Below, piece by piece: positions 8,127-16,975 of a DNA stretch of 64,000 bases. A model generated the notes under the pieces. The model searched no databases. It was given only the letters and a program-made list of their open reading frames with translations, and was not told the DNA's origin. The position numbers and the translations under genes were made by a program. The DNA comes from a virus, in the IMG/VR virus record IMGVR_UViG_3300033233_000015, positions 1-64,000 of that record. One strand, written 5' to 3'. Position 1 is the first letter of the stretch. Every line of letters begins with the position of its first letter.

Positions 8127-9909
8127 CGTGGAAACTGCAACCATTCTCGAGACCCACCAGGATGCATCCGAAGCCAAGCCAGGGCTCTACGTCGTGCACT
8201 CGGGAAGCCCGGCTTACTTTCCGGTGATGGGGTTCATCGAGGAGGGTCACGCGAAGCTTGTCGGCGAGTTCTACGACGATCGAGGACGTGTTGTGACCGT
8301 GGATGTTACGTCCAAGCCGGCGGTGTACATCGCGAACCCCGAGCCGACGAAGCACATGATCTCGATCGGGCCGGAGTTCTTCATCACGGCCCTCAAGGAC
8401 TACACCGATTGGCCCATCAAGTGGTGGCGCGAAGCCGTGCAGAACGCTGTCGACGCCGGCGGGACGAACATCACGCTCGGATCGGTCAAGCACGAGGACG
8501 GTACCGTCACAGTCTTCTGTGACGACGACGGCAGTGGCATGGACGAGGACACCATCATCAACAAGTTCCTCGTCCTCGGTGCGACGACCAAGATTGGAGC
8601 GAGTGGAGCTGCGGGCGGGTTCGGCAAAGCCAAGGAGCTCCTCCTCTTGCCTTGGGTTGCGTGGCGTATTCACTCACGCGACACGCTCATCCAAGGCGCA
8701 GGCATCGACTACACGCTCATTCGCACAGCATTTCGCCAAGGAACACGGCTCGAAGTCGTGATGCCGCCCGACAAGACCACCGACGGCGCCATCGCGCTCG
8801 GTTTTCTCCAGAAGTGCTACCTGCCGAACGTGAACTTCACGGTCAACGGTGTACCAGCTCGAGCTGATCTCGCGGGTGGCAACGTCATCGACAGCGTACC
8901 GGACAAGGCAGAGATCTACTTCATCCCCGCGAACGACAAGCAGTCGTATCTCTACGTTCGTACGCGTGGTCTCTACATGTTCTCGAGCTACGTCGGACCC
9001 ATCCCGGGATTTCTTGTCGCAGAGCTTCTCGCGCCTTCGATCGAGATCCTGACGGCCAACCGTGACGGGTTCCGTGATCGGTACGTGGCCATGGCGGTGG
9101 ATCGCCTCGGTGAGCGCATCGCGAAGGACAACATAAGCGCTCTTCGCGCCGGTAAGGGCCTTATCCGCAAGAAGTACGAAGGCACGGGCAAGTTTCGCTC
9201 GCGTGAACGAGCTTCTGAACTTCTCGAGCGCATCGGGCCCTACAGCTCGGGGCTTCTCAAGGAGCAGGACGCGCAGACCATCGTGGCTACGATCGGTGAC
9301 TACGCGCGTCGGGAAGAAGCAACACTAGCGTCACTTCCGTCGGCGCCTGTTGCAGCGGCCATGCTCGATCAGAAATTCCTTGGCCCGAACCACCTCGAAG
9401 CTGCGATCAAGCAGCTCGTGTGGGAGCCAGACTTCTACCTGATGAACGACATCGAGGGCTACTTCGTCCCGAAGAAGTTTTTCCCGGAGACGATGACGCC
9501 AACTGTTCTCAAGCTCGCCAAGGTGTGGGCCGAGCTCTGTCGCTACGTCCTCATGCAGCTCGGCACCGATCGTCGCTTCGGTGTGGGCTTCATCTTCTCT
9601 GAGGAGGTGGCTGCCGCAGCCGTGGAAGAGGAAGGACGTGATGAACGTGTCGAGCCATGGCTAATGGTCAACCCGTTCAAGGACATGCACAAGCGTGATG
9701 AGATGTGGCGCACAACCGATGCCGATCTCAAGTGGCTCTACGCGGCTGCGATCCACGAATCAACACACATCGCCGATCGCATCAGCTACCACGACGAGAG
9801 CTTTGCTGCGGCGCTCACGCGCAACGTGGCCAAGTGTGCGGACGGGTATCGCAAGATCAAGCAGATCGCTGGAGGCATCCGCATGCGTGGCGCACCGGAG
9901 CTCGACTGA
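8119..9909 (+). CDS. GHKL (HATPase) ATPase fused to a C-terminal HExxH zincin-like domain
   Basis: REAVQNAVDAG, DDDGSGMD, GGFGKAK and GT boxes; AIHESTH...HDESF. Confidence 0.8.
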   Translation: MSNVETATILETHQDASEAKPGLYVVHSGSPAYFPVMGFIEEGHAKLVGEFYDDRGRVVTVDVTSKPAVYIANPEPTKHMISIGPEFFITALKDYTDWPIKWWREAVQNAVDAGGTNITLGSVKHEDGTVTVFCDDDGSGMDEDTIINKFLVLGATTKIGASGAAGGFGKAKELLLLPWVAWRIHSRDTLIQGAGIDYTLIRTAFRQGTRLEVVMPPDKTTDGAIALGFLQKCYLPNVNFTVNGVPARADLAGGNVIDSVPDKAEIYFIPANDKQSYLYVRTRGLYMFSSYVGPIPGFLVAELLAPSIEILTANRDGFRDRYVAMAVDRLGERIAKDNISALRAGKGLIRKKYEGTGKFRSRERASELLERIGPYSSGLLKEQDAQTIVATIGDYARREEATLASLPSAPVAAAMLDQKFLGPNHLEAAIKQLVWEPDFYLMNDIEGYFVPKKFFPETMTPTVLKLAKVWAELCRYVLMQLGTDRRFGVGFIFSEEVAAAAVEEEGRDERVEPWLMVNPFKDMHKRDEMWRTTDADLKWLYAAAIHESTHIADRISYHDESFAAALTRNVAKCADGYRKIKQIAGGIRMRGAPELD

Positions 9910-11345
9910 TGGGCTGGGCGCTCACCAACACTGTCAGTAGCGGGCATCGCTACCGCTTCGTTGTTCAGCAGCCGACAACGGTGGGCGGTGCGTGGGGCGA
10001 TGTTCAGAGTGCGCTGCAAACGGACTGGGGCTTCGGCTACGTCGGCAACGATGTCACTCTCCAGCAAGTCGGTTCGAGCAATCTGTGGGTAGGAGAAGCC
10101 ATCCCGAACTCCGGGGTGGGATGGACACCAGCAACGGTTGCTGCGCAGTCGCAGAGCGTGAAGAACGGCTTCACGTACCTCGCGATAGCCGTGCAAGCGC
10201 GCGACGACCTCACGAGGCTTGTTCACAAGGGATCGACCTACAGCTTCGACGTTCGTGTGCCTTCGGCGTGGACCGTCAGCCAGGTGATGACCTACTTGCA
10301 AGGCAAAGGCTGGAACGTCGCGTCGGTCGTTCCAACCTCTGATGCCGTCAGCCTTCTTGCGGGTAGGGTCAACAGCATCGCGAAGACGATCGCGTTTGCG
10401 ATCACGGGCACGTGGAACGGCGCCGACAAGACGTCTATCGCGGATTCGGATGGAACGATCAGCTACGGGATCTTCTCGAGCCAAGCGCCGGTCTCCATCG
10501 CGGGTACGACACCGGCGGTAGGAGCAGCATCCTCTAGCAATGCGACGCCGTGGCTCATCGCTCTCGGGCTCGTAGGCGTAGCGGGGCTTGGTCTCTTCGC
10601 CTTCACTCGTAGCAAGGCGAAACAGAATCCGTCTTCGCCGATCTACTTCGACGATCTGCCACTCGAGGAGCGTCAACGACACGCACAATTGTGGCGCGCG
10701 TCGATCGCGAAACTTCGCGAGTTGTCGTACCCGTTCCAAGCAACGTTCGACGGCGAGCGCGTCACTGTGCTCGGTCGCGTACGAGATTTCGAGCCCTACA
10801 CAAGTCATCCATGCCAGCAAGCTGAAGCTACCGACGAATCGATGATGGTTCGTGGATCGGATGGCAATAAGTTCATCGTCTTCGGCCACAGCTTGTTTGT
10901 CGGCGACCAACGCCTCGTGTACCAATCCGGCTACCGTCGCCGTCCTGTAGTTGATCCTTTGGGACTAGGGTGGAAAGAGAATCCTATCGGCGTCTTCATC
11001 TACGACCTCGACGCGCTCGACAAGCTCGCGGAGCTCGAAGGTGCACACTGGCTCGAAGACGACCGTCGCATGTGGCAGCAGTACCGCAGCGGAAACACGG
11101 CGCACGCGTTTCAATTCGCGTGGTGGCACACGCACAAGCCAGGTGTCCTCGAGCCACAAGATCTTCCGTACTGGAAAGAGTATTTCGCTGGTGACATGGG
11201 CATCGAGCTCGGCGTCATCTACGGCGACGGTGGCTACGCGCGCTTCGCAGTGACCGACGAAGGTGAAATCGTGCTCGAAGGCAACACGACGCGTGCGGAG
11301 AAGATCGAACGCGCTGCCCAGCTTGGGTTTCGAGTTGTGCGATGA
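9909..11345 (+). CDS. NP-linked modular membrane protein
   Basis: ATG overlaps the upstream stop; N-terminal domain, TM, then modules after AKQNP and WKENP. Confidence 0.7.
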   Translation: MGWALTNTVSSGHRYRFVVQQPTTVGGAWGDVQSALQTDWGFGYVGNDVTLQQVGSSNLWVGEAIPNSGVGWTPATVAAQSQSVKNGFTYLAIAVQARDDLTRLVHKGSTYSFDVRVPSAWTVSQVMTYLQGKGWNVASVVPTSDAVSLLAGRVNSIAKTIAFAITGTWNGADKTSIADSDGTISYGIFSSQAPVSIAGTTPAVGAASSSNATPWLIALGLVGVAGLGLFAFTRSKAKQNPSSPIYFDDLPLEERQRHAQLWRASIAKLRELSYPFQATFDGERVTVLGRVRDFEPYTSHPCQQAEATDESMMVRGSDGNKFIVFGHSLFVGDQRLVYQSGYRRRPVVDPLGLGWKENPIGVFIYDLDALDKLAELEGAHWLEDDRRMWQQYRSGNTAHAFQFAWWHTHKPGVLEPQDLPYWKEYFAGDMGIELGVIYGDGGYARFAVTDEGEIVLEGNTTRAEKIERAAQLGFRVVR

Positions 11346-11689
11346 GCGATTCCAGTTCTTCCGGCTTTGGTGAGGTCATCGCGCTCACTCTCGGCGTCTC
11401 GGCAGCCGGACTCGCTGCGTGGTGGCTCGTCATGAAGGCTCCGCGCATCCTGGCTGCGCGTCGCGCAGAGCTCAACTCGCCGCCGCGAGGAACAGTTCGA
11501 ACGTTCGCCGAGGACACTATATTCAAGAAGTGCTCGTGCGGTCGCGCGTACACGAAGGCACAGTGGAAAAAGCTGCCGTTCGTCGGGTACCAGAAGTACG
11601 AATGGGGCGAGGTTCAGGAGCTACGCAACTGCGTCTGCGGCTCAACGATGGTCGTCGTGATCATCGAGGGCGACCGTGACTTGATGTAG
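11342..11689 (+). CDS. Membrane protein with Cys-rich (Zn-ribbon-like) C-terminus
   Basis: N-terminal TM; CSCG...RNCVCGS. Confidence 0.65.
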   Translation: MSDSSSSGFGEVIALTLGVSAAGLAAWWLVMKAPRILAARRAELNSPPRGTVRTFAEDTIFKKCSCGRAYTKAQWKKLPFVGYQKYEWGEVQELRNCVCGSTMVVVIIEGDRDLM

Positions 11690-11698
11690 GCTTGGCGC

Positions 11699-13351
11699 AT
11701 GACCGCCGATCAGGCTTCCATCCTCGCAGCAGGTCTCGGTCACGGCCGCCTTCACGCGTACGTCAAGAGCGGACGGATCGTGTTTACGGGCGGTCAGAGT
11801 GATCACTCGCTAGACATCGCAGCTTCTACCGAAGCACGCGTCCGTGCGCATTGGGACGGCTACGTCGAAAATAACGCTAAGTTTCTAGCCTCATCGGCAG
11901 CCATCGAACGGTTGCGTGCACGCGTCGAGCGTGAAGCCAAACGCTTGCGGGACAAAGAGTGGAGCTTGCCCGATGCCATGCGTGCGGCGCGTGTGAAGGC
12001 AGCTTTCGACACGTTCGACGATGTGTACTGGCGGCTTGAGGCCGTTCCAGACGAGGATCTATACGACGACAGCCACATCGACGATCCGCAAGAGAAGAAA
12101 AACTTGTGGAATCGCATCGAGAGCGAAGGTGTGTGGGGTATCAAATCGTCTTGGCGTCTGAGCGAAGACCCTGTTTACGATCCACCGAGCTCGAAGCACC
12201 ACGGGAAGCTCATCATGAGCGCGAAGTGGGAGGAAGCAGACGCTACGTGGGGCTTCGTTGGAGATGAATGGAAGGACTCAGGTTACGACACCGATCTCAG
12301 ACGTGCTGCAATGCACGCGTTTCTGGAAGCAGCCGGCGCTATTCCACTCACTCAAGTACCCGAAGATGCACTCGCTGATTTTTGGTTCGCTGTCGAGATC
12401 GCGCGCTTCGCGACGCGTTCAGATGCAGCGGTTCAAGAAGCGGACGCCAAGGGCATTATCCTTCTGTCTGTCGGCGGCGCTGTGCCCAAGTCTTCGTCTG
12501 TGCCGCCACCGATAGTTCCAACACGTGCGCCGCACTTCGCATCGAAGCACACGTTTCAGATCCGCCAGGACGTGTACGCTGGATGGAACGTCCTGCGCTT
12601 CGAGCAACCTCCGTTTGGGCCGGCTCAAGTAGAGAGGATGACGTCGCAGCTCGAGCCTCGCAAAGAAGCGCTCAACGTCGCCAAGAGCTACGCGCTCGAT
12701 CTCGCGCAACGCATGCAACCGAACCCGAACGCGATCCGTGTGCTCGATGAGCAAGGTGTGTGCGTCTACGCCGTGAAATCGACGGCTGCCGGACCACTCG
12801 AAGTGCCATGCCCTCCATCCGATCTCGATCGACCGGCTGTGCCGCGTCAGTACAACCCTCGATCGAATCCGCTCTCGCGCAACGCACAGACTGCTATCAC
12901 GATCAGTCTAGTGTTGGGAGGTTTCGGTGCTGTCGTGTGGCTGCTTCGCAGGCATTACAATGCGCCAGTAGCATCGGCGTCGATTCCATCGACTCCATCA
13001 GCACTGCCAAAGCACACAAGCAACGATTGCAGGCCCGACGACTGGTTGAGCGGTGCGTGGCAAGCTCTTGATTCTGACATCGTGACGCTGCAACACGGCA
13101 AGCTTTACTGGTTTGAAGTCTTCGATCGTAACGGCACACTCTCACAAGCCACCATCCGAAATGTTCTCACCGCAGGTGGTTGGAACATCCGAACAGGACC
13201 AACCTCACGCCCCGGTTTCCTGACCAAGCTCGAGTGGGTGGTCACAGCATTCTGGACCGGACCCACAACAACGACAGCGCGATACACGGACCTGACAAAC
13301 TTGGGCTTGGAGACCAACTACGGCAGCTTCTACCTCTGCATCTACTCCTGA
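11699..13351 (+). CDS. Large modular membrane protein (NP linker before TM)
   Basis: Leaderless-type start (TAGGCT-N6-ATG); YNPRSNPLSRNAQTA plus TM; shares modules with the 14242 and 9909 proteins. Confidence 0.7.
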   Translation: MTADQASILAAGLGHGRLHAYVKSGRIVFTGGQSDHSLDIAASTEARVRAHWDGYVENNAKFLASSAAIERLRARVEREAKRLRDKEWSLPDAMRAARVKAAFDTFDDVYWRLEAVPDEDLYDDSHIDDPQEKKNLWNRIESEGVWGIKSSWRLSEDPVYDPPSSKHHGKLIMSAKWEEADATWGFVGDEWKDSGYDTDLRRAAMHAFLEAAGAIPLTQVPEDALADFWFAVEIARFATRSDAAVQEADAKGIILLSVGGAVPKSSSVPPPIVPTRAPHFASKHTFQIRQDVYAGWNVLRFEQPPFGPAQVERMTSQLEPRKEALNVAKSYALDLAQRMQPNPNAIRVLDEQGVCVYAVKSTAAGPLEVPCPPSDLDRPAVPRQYNPRSNPLSRNAQTAITISLVLGGFGAVVWLLRRHYNAPVASASIPSTPSALPKHTSNDCRPDDWLSGAWQALDSDIVTLQHGKLYWFEVFDRNGTLSQATIRNVLTAGGWNIRTGPTSRPGFLTKLEWVVTAFWTGPTTTTARYTDLTNLGLETNYGSFYLCIYS

Positions 13352-13360
13352 GAGGAATCC

Positions 13361-13636
13361 ATGCGCCAACATCGCGTTCGAGCCGGTGACTCTCCCGTCG
13401 AGATCGCCATCCAGTACACAGGCTGTCCGAAGTGCGCACGTGATCTCGTGCTTGTGAACCCGCAGAAGGCTCGCGTGACGTATCCGAACGGCTTCATCAC
13501 GTTCCGTGAGCTCTACGATGGCGAAGTGCTCAACCTGCCGAACAAGTGGTTCGACGGCACGAACTTCGACGAGGACAAGAGTTCATGGCCATGGCCACCG
13601 GGTTGGGATGAAAACTGGCAGCAGCACCGTCGCTAG
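13361..13636 (+). CDS. Stand-alone LysM-like CPKC domain protein
   Basis: Highly similar to the first ~90 aa of the 5748 protein; GAGGA SD. Confidence 0.8.
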   Translation: MRQHRVRAGDSPVEIAIQYTGCPKCARDLVLVNPQKARVTYPNGFITFRELYDGEVLNLPNKWFDGTNFDEDKSSWPWPPGWDENWQQHRR

Positions 13637-13637
13637 C

Positions 13638-14240
13638 GTGCGCCCTTGGGACGTCCTTGGATCTACTGTGCGGCTCTACCACGGGTCGTACCTCGGCAAC
13701 GCTTCGTCGCTGCTCGAGAAAGGCGTCGTCCCACGCCGACAACTCATCGACTGCGACAGGTTCGTCGACGGTGTGCTCAACGATTACGGTGTCACGCGCG
13801 CTGATCTGCCGGCCTGGACGTGGGGCTACGCACTCGAGCGCTGCCAAGACACGGCCAAGGTGGTGTACCTCTCCGCCGACTACACATACGCGCTCGGCAA
13901 CAGCTTGGCTGGCTTCGAAGCCGAGGACAGCCTTCGTCACATCATCGCGAAGGAGCTCGGACTACCAGGCTACATCCCACCCGACAGAGACAGCGTGATG
14001 TGCGCCGTCGATGTCCCAACGCGCGTTCTCTTCAGTCCTGATGTCGAAACCGGATCGTACGGCATCGAGCGAGAGGAGATCTTCTTCCACTGCCTCACGG
14101 AGACGCCGCGCATCTTCAAGGATACCGATCACATTCTTCGCACGATGTTCCGCGTCGTGACCTTCCACAAGATCCCAGCGAACTGGATCAAATCTTGTTG
14201 GTCCGCGAAGCGACCTGAGTTCTTCAGGCCGAAGCGCTAG
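13638..14240 (+). CDS. ADP-ribosyltransferase-fold (KptA/Tpt1-like) protein
   Basis: LYHGS...SLLEKGV.P, VYLSAD and terminal IPANWI motifs. Confidence 0.55.
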   Translation: MRPWDVLGSTVRLYHGSYLGNASSLLEKGVVPRRQLIDCDRFVDGVLNDYGVTRADLPAWTWGYALERCQDTAKVVYLSADYTYALGNSLAGFEAEDSLRHIIAKELGLPGYIPPDRDSVMCAVDVPTRVLFSPDVETGSYGIEREEIFFHCLTETPRIFKDTDHILRTMFRVVTFHKIPANWIKSCWSAKRPEFFRPKR

Positions 14241-14241
14241 A

Positions 14242-15063
14242 TCACGTGCACGGGATCTCGGTCCACCACGGTACGGATCGACCGGCGAGTTTGCCCCATC
14301 GAGGATCGCTGGAACCTGTTCTCCATGTGGGCTGCACAGCATAGAGACACGCTCCACGTTCATCGAGCACACGCACCGCGTTCGGATTGTTCAACTGCCG
14401 ACTGGCGATGTACTGCGCGTGGTGCATTGCCCACTCAAGTGCCTGCCCGCGTGATCCGAACGCGAACTGCACCTTCGAGTGTGCAGGTTTTCCTGTGTAG
14501 AACGGATCATCGATCGTCGAGTTGCGCACGAGCTCGACAACGAGCCATCGACCAGAGCGTTTGTCCTGCACGAGCTTGTACTCGTAGACAGGGAAGCTTG
14601 CACTCGTCGGCGTGTATGGATTGCGTACCGGACGCGTGCGGATCGTCGGCTTGTTTCTGTCGACTTGTGCTTCTACGTAGCCACGCCGATAGCCTTCGTA
14701 CCAGATGGTCACGAGTCGCAGATCAGGTGATGACCGTTCGATCTGGAAATCAGCGGGGTTCTCGTTGAGGCGTCCGTTGCGCCCAGCTTCGTATCCACGA
14801 TGATAGGCGTGCTGGATGACGTCGAGAGCGATGGGTGTACTGTTCCACGTGTAGATCCACGAACCGCGTCGACGTTGTGCATCTCCGAGCCACGTCACGA
14901 ACCGCACGTTCGACGAGTTCGTTGGGTTCTTGTGCTGGAGCTTGTCGAAAGCGTTGGCCGCAACCCACACCACAGCCACTCCAGCAGCGAACGATCCGGT
15001 AACAGCAAGCAGAACTGTCCAAGCAGGCCACGGATCACTCGGCGGCAGCGTCAAGTCGCTCAT
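14242..15063 (-). CDS. NP-linked modular membrane protein with an RMF-like motif
   Basis: N-terminal TM; HKNP and VRNP linkers; AYHRGYEAG...NP...WYEGYRRG. Confidence 0.65.
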   Translation of the reverse strand: MSDLTLPPSDPWPAWTVLLAVTGSFAAGVAVVWVAANAFDKLQHKNPTNSSNVRFVTWLGDAQRRRGSWIYTWNSTPIALDVIQHAYHRGYEAGRNGRLNENPADFQIERSSPDLRLVTIWYEGYRRGYVEAQVDRNKPTIRTRPVRNPYTPTSASFPVYEYKLVQDKRSGRWLVVELVRNSTIDDPFYTGKPAHSKVQFAFGSRGQALEWAMHHAQYIASRQLNNPNAVRVLDERGACLYAVQPTWRTGSSDPRWGKLAGRSVPWWTEIPCT

Positions 15064-15065
15064 GA

Positions 15066-15509
15066 TCACCCCTCGTGGAGCGCGATACCTGCTGCAAGCC
15101 GTCGATTCATCACGCCGAGGCGTCGTGCAGCCACACGCGGCGAGACCATCGGGAACCATCCGACGACGGCTTCGTCGAAGTCATCCACGATGATGAGTGC
15201 GTCCTCGATGTCGAACCCGAAGTTCACGAGATCGCTGACGATGAACGCAACGTAGCGACTCAATTTGAAGAGCGACCGCGTCGGCTTCTGCATCGGTACG
15301 CGCGACTGGAACATCTTGAGGAACTCTTGCGCGAGCTGTTTACTCGGCGTGCCCTCGATCCATTCGTCGAAGATGAATTGTCCGTAGCCGTCGATGATCT
15401 GCTGAACCTGAGTGGTAGGCAGTCCTTGGCTCTCGAGCTGTCTCACGACTTTGTTCACGTACTCCACGATGTCCGTGAGCGTGTATTCCTCGTCACCAAA
15501 GACCGACAT
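15066..15509 (-). CDS. Hypothetical protein
   Basis: ORF with GAGGGAG SD before ATG 15509. Confidence 0.6.
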   Translation of the reverse strand: MSVFGDEEYTLTDIVEYVNKVVRQLESQGLPTTQVQQIIDGYGQFIFDEWIEGTPSKQLAQEFLKMFQSRVPMQKPTRSLFKLSRYVAFIVSDLVNFGFDIEDALIIVDDFDEAVVGWFPMVSPRVAARRLGVMNRRLAAGIALHEG

Positions 15510-15555
15510 GGACAACTCCCTCACCAGGTCAGGTGCAACGAAGGCTAAAGCTACA

Positions 15556-15575
15556 CCTTCGTGGCTCCCTTGTCG
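15556..15575 (-). promoter_or_regulatory. Conserved upstream motif, copy 3
   Basis: CGACAAGGGAGCCACGAAGG running into GTG-TAG (start-stop), ~45 nt upstream of the next gene. Confidence 0.8.
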
Positions 15576-15584
15576 TTCCTAGCG

Positions 15585-16175
15585 TCAGCTTCGAATAGCC
15601 TGCCAGATTTGCTGTGCCCAGCCGCTATACGACGATGGGTGAACTCCATCACTCGACAGCGGCACTGTTGCTGCCGGTACAACATCGACGCCAAGTGATT
15701 CGATGAGTGCGCGCACGCCAATCATCGGGTGCGCAGGCATGATCGGCGGTTGTACCCACACGATGCGTGCGCCGGTTGCGCGCAGACGATCGCGGAACTG
15801 CTCGTACGGACCACGTGGCGGCGCTGGTGAGTAGCCAAGATCGTTGGTGCCGAGCACGACGATTATGAGGGTTGGCGCGTAGGCTTCGAGCCAATCGGCC
15901 CACCTGTTGTCCACCCACTGCTTGACGGTAGTTCCTGCTTTTGCTTCGTAGCGAAAGCGCGCCAACATGCCGCTGTCACTCTGCGTAACGAGCTTCTGGA
16001 GATGCGGTGCGAGACCCACGGCGAGACTGTCGCCGATGAGCGCGACACGCATGGGAACAACAGTTGTACTCGTTGAAGGCTCACCGCTCTTTCGTGCGAG
16101 TAGGTAGCCGAGAAAGATGACGATCCCGCTTGCCGTACCGAGAAGCGCTGCGCGGCGAACGGTTCGCGACATCAT
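15585..16175 (-). CDS. Membrane-anchored SGNH/GDSL hydrolase
   Basis: IGDSL, LGTND and DGVHP blocks; N-terminal TM. Confidence 0.9.
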   Translation of the reverse strand: MMSRTVRRAALLGTASGIVIFLGYLLARKSGEPSTSTTVVPMRVALIGDSLAVGLAPHLQKLVTQSDSGMLARFRYEAKAGTTVKQWVDNRWADWLEAYAPTLIIVVLGTNDLGYSPAPPRGPYEQFRDRLRATGARIVWVQPPIMPAHPMIGVRALIESLGVDVVPAATVPLSSDGVHPSSYSGWAQQIWQAIRS

Positions 16176-16648
16176 GGCTTGCGTTGCTTGTAGAAATTCT
16201 TGACCGACTCGACGACAGCGTGCGGGTTGATGCCGTTGACGAAGATCTCCCAGCGATCTTCCACTTCGTCCTTGTCGTTACGCGGTACCCACACTTGATC
16301 GGTGAAATTGAACGGCGCAAACCCGCCAATGATGGCGCCACTGTAGTGAGCGGTGTCGAGCAGGAATGACACGCCGCCCTTTTCACCGTCACGGTGCTCC
16401 GAAAGCGCGATGTGGATCGAGACGTCGACGAGATCCGTGTCACCTGTCGTGCGTGCACCCGCCTCTGCGGCTGGCGGATAGACGTTGAGCTCCCAAGTAG
16501 GCTCTGCGTCATGATGATCGAACGGTCCTTCGACCATGAAGTCTTGTGCTTGGAACGCTTCGCCGATGCTTGTGAGCAGCCGAACGATCTTGGGCTCGTA
16601 CTTGTGTACCAGCTTGTCGACGCGGTCCTTGTCTTCGATGTACGTCAT
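16172..16648 (-). CDS. Hypothetical protein
   Basis: ORF from ATG 16648 with GAGG SD; coupled to the downstream gene. Confidence 0.6.
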   Translation of the reverse strand: MTYIEDKDRVDKLVHKYEPKIVRLLTSIGEAFQAQDFMVEGPFDHHDAEPTWELNVYPPAAEAGARTTGDTDLVDVSIHIALSEHRDGEKGGVSFLLDTAHYSGAIIGGFAPFNFTDQVWVPRNDKDEVEDRWEIFVNGINPHAVVESVKNFYKQRKP

Positions 16649-16683
16649 GGTGCCTCGTGCTTCGTGGAGAGTATCATCGAGTT

Positions 16684-16700
16684 CGACAAGGGAGCCACGA
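16684..16700 (+). promoter_or_regulatory. Conserved upstream motif, copy 4
   Basis: CGACAAGGGAGCCACGA directly before ATG 16701; begins 6 nt after the -10-like TATCAT. Confidence 0.85.
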
Positions 16701-16946
16701 ATGGACGCCCTGCATCTAGTTGAGGAACTTGTCACCCGTGAGGCTCGCGGTAGTGCAAAGCTGCCTCATATTTTCTGCGATACGCGCGCAGCGTACGAGA
16801 GCGAAGAAGAGTTTCAAGCATTCATCGCGAGCATGTGTGAAGCCGCGACGGAGCGCGGCTTTTATGCACGCATCGTTGCATCGTACATCTGCGACGATGG
16901 TGATCTATGGGATGTCGCGATCCATCTCGATCGACTTCTCGCTTGA
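16701..16946 (+). CDS. Hypothetical protein (81 aa)
   Basis: ATG follows the conserved motif. Confidence 0.6.
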   Translation: MDALHLVEELVTREARGSAKLPHIFCDTRAAYESEEEFQAFIASMCEAATERGFYARIVASYICDDGDLWDVAIHLDRLLA

Positions 16947-16975
16947 CTTACCAAACTTGGTGATAGGCTCGTTGC

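Noticed and set aside
12715-14770. NP in QPNPNA, LNNPNA and NENPA as linkers
   Set aside because: They lie inside a shared module or the RMF-like motif, so they were not counted as boundaries.
4878-16700. The 20-nt motif as a CRISPR repeat
   Set aside because: Copies are kilobases apart, in both orientations, with no spacer periodicity.
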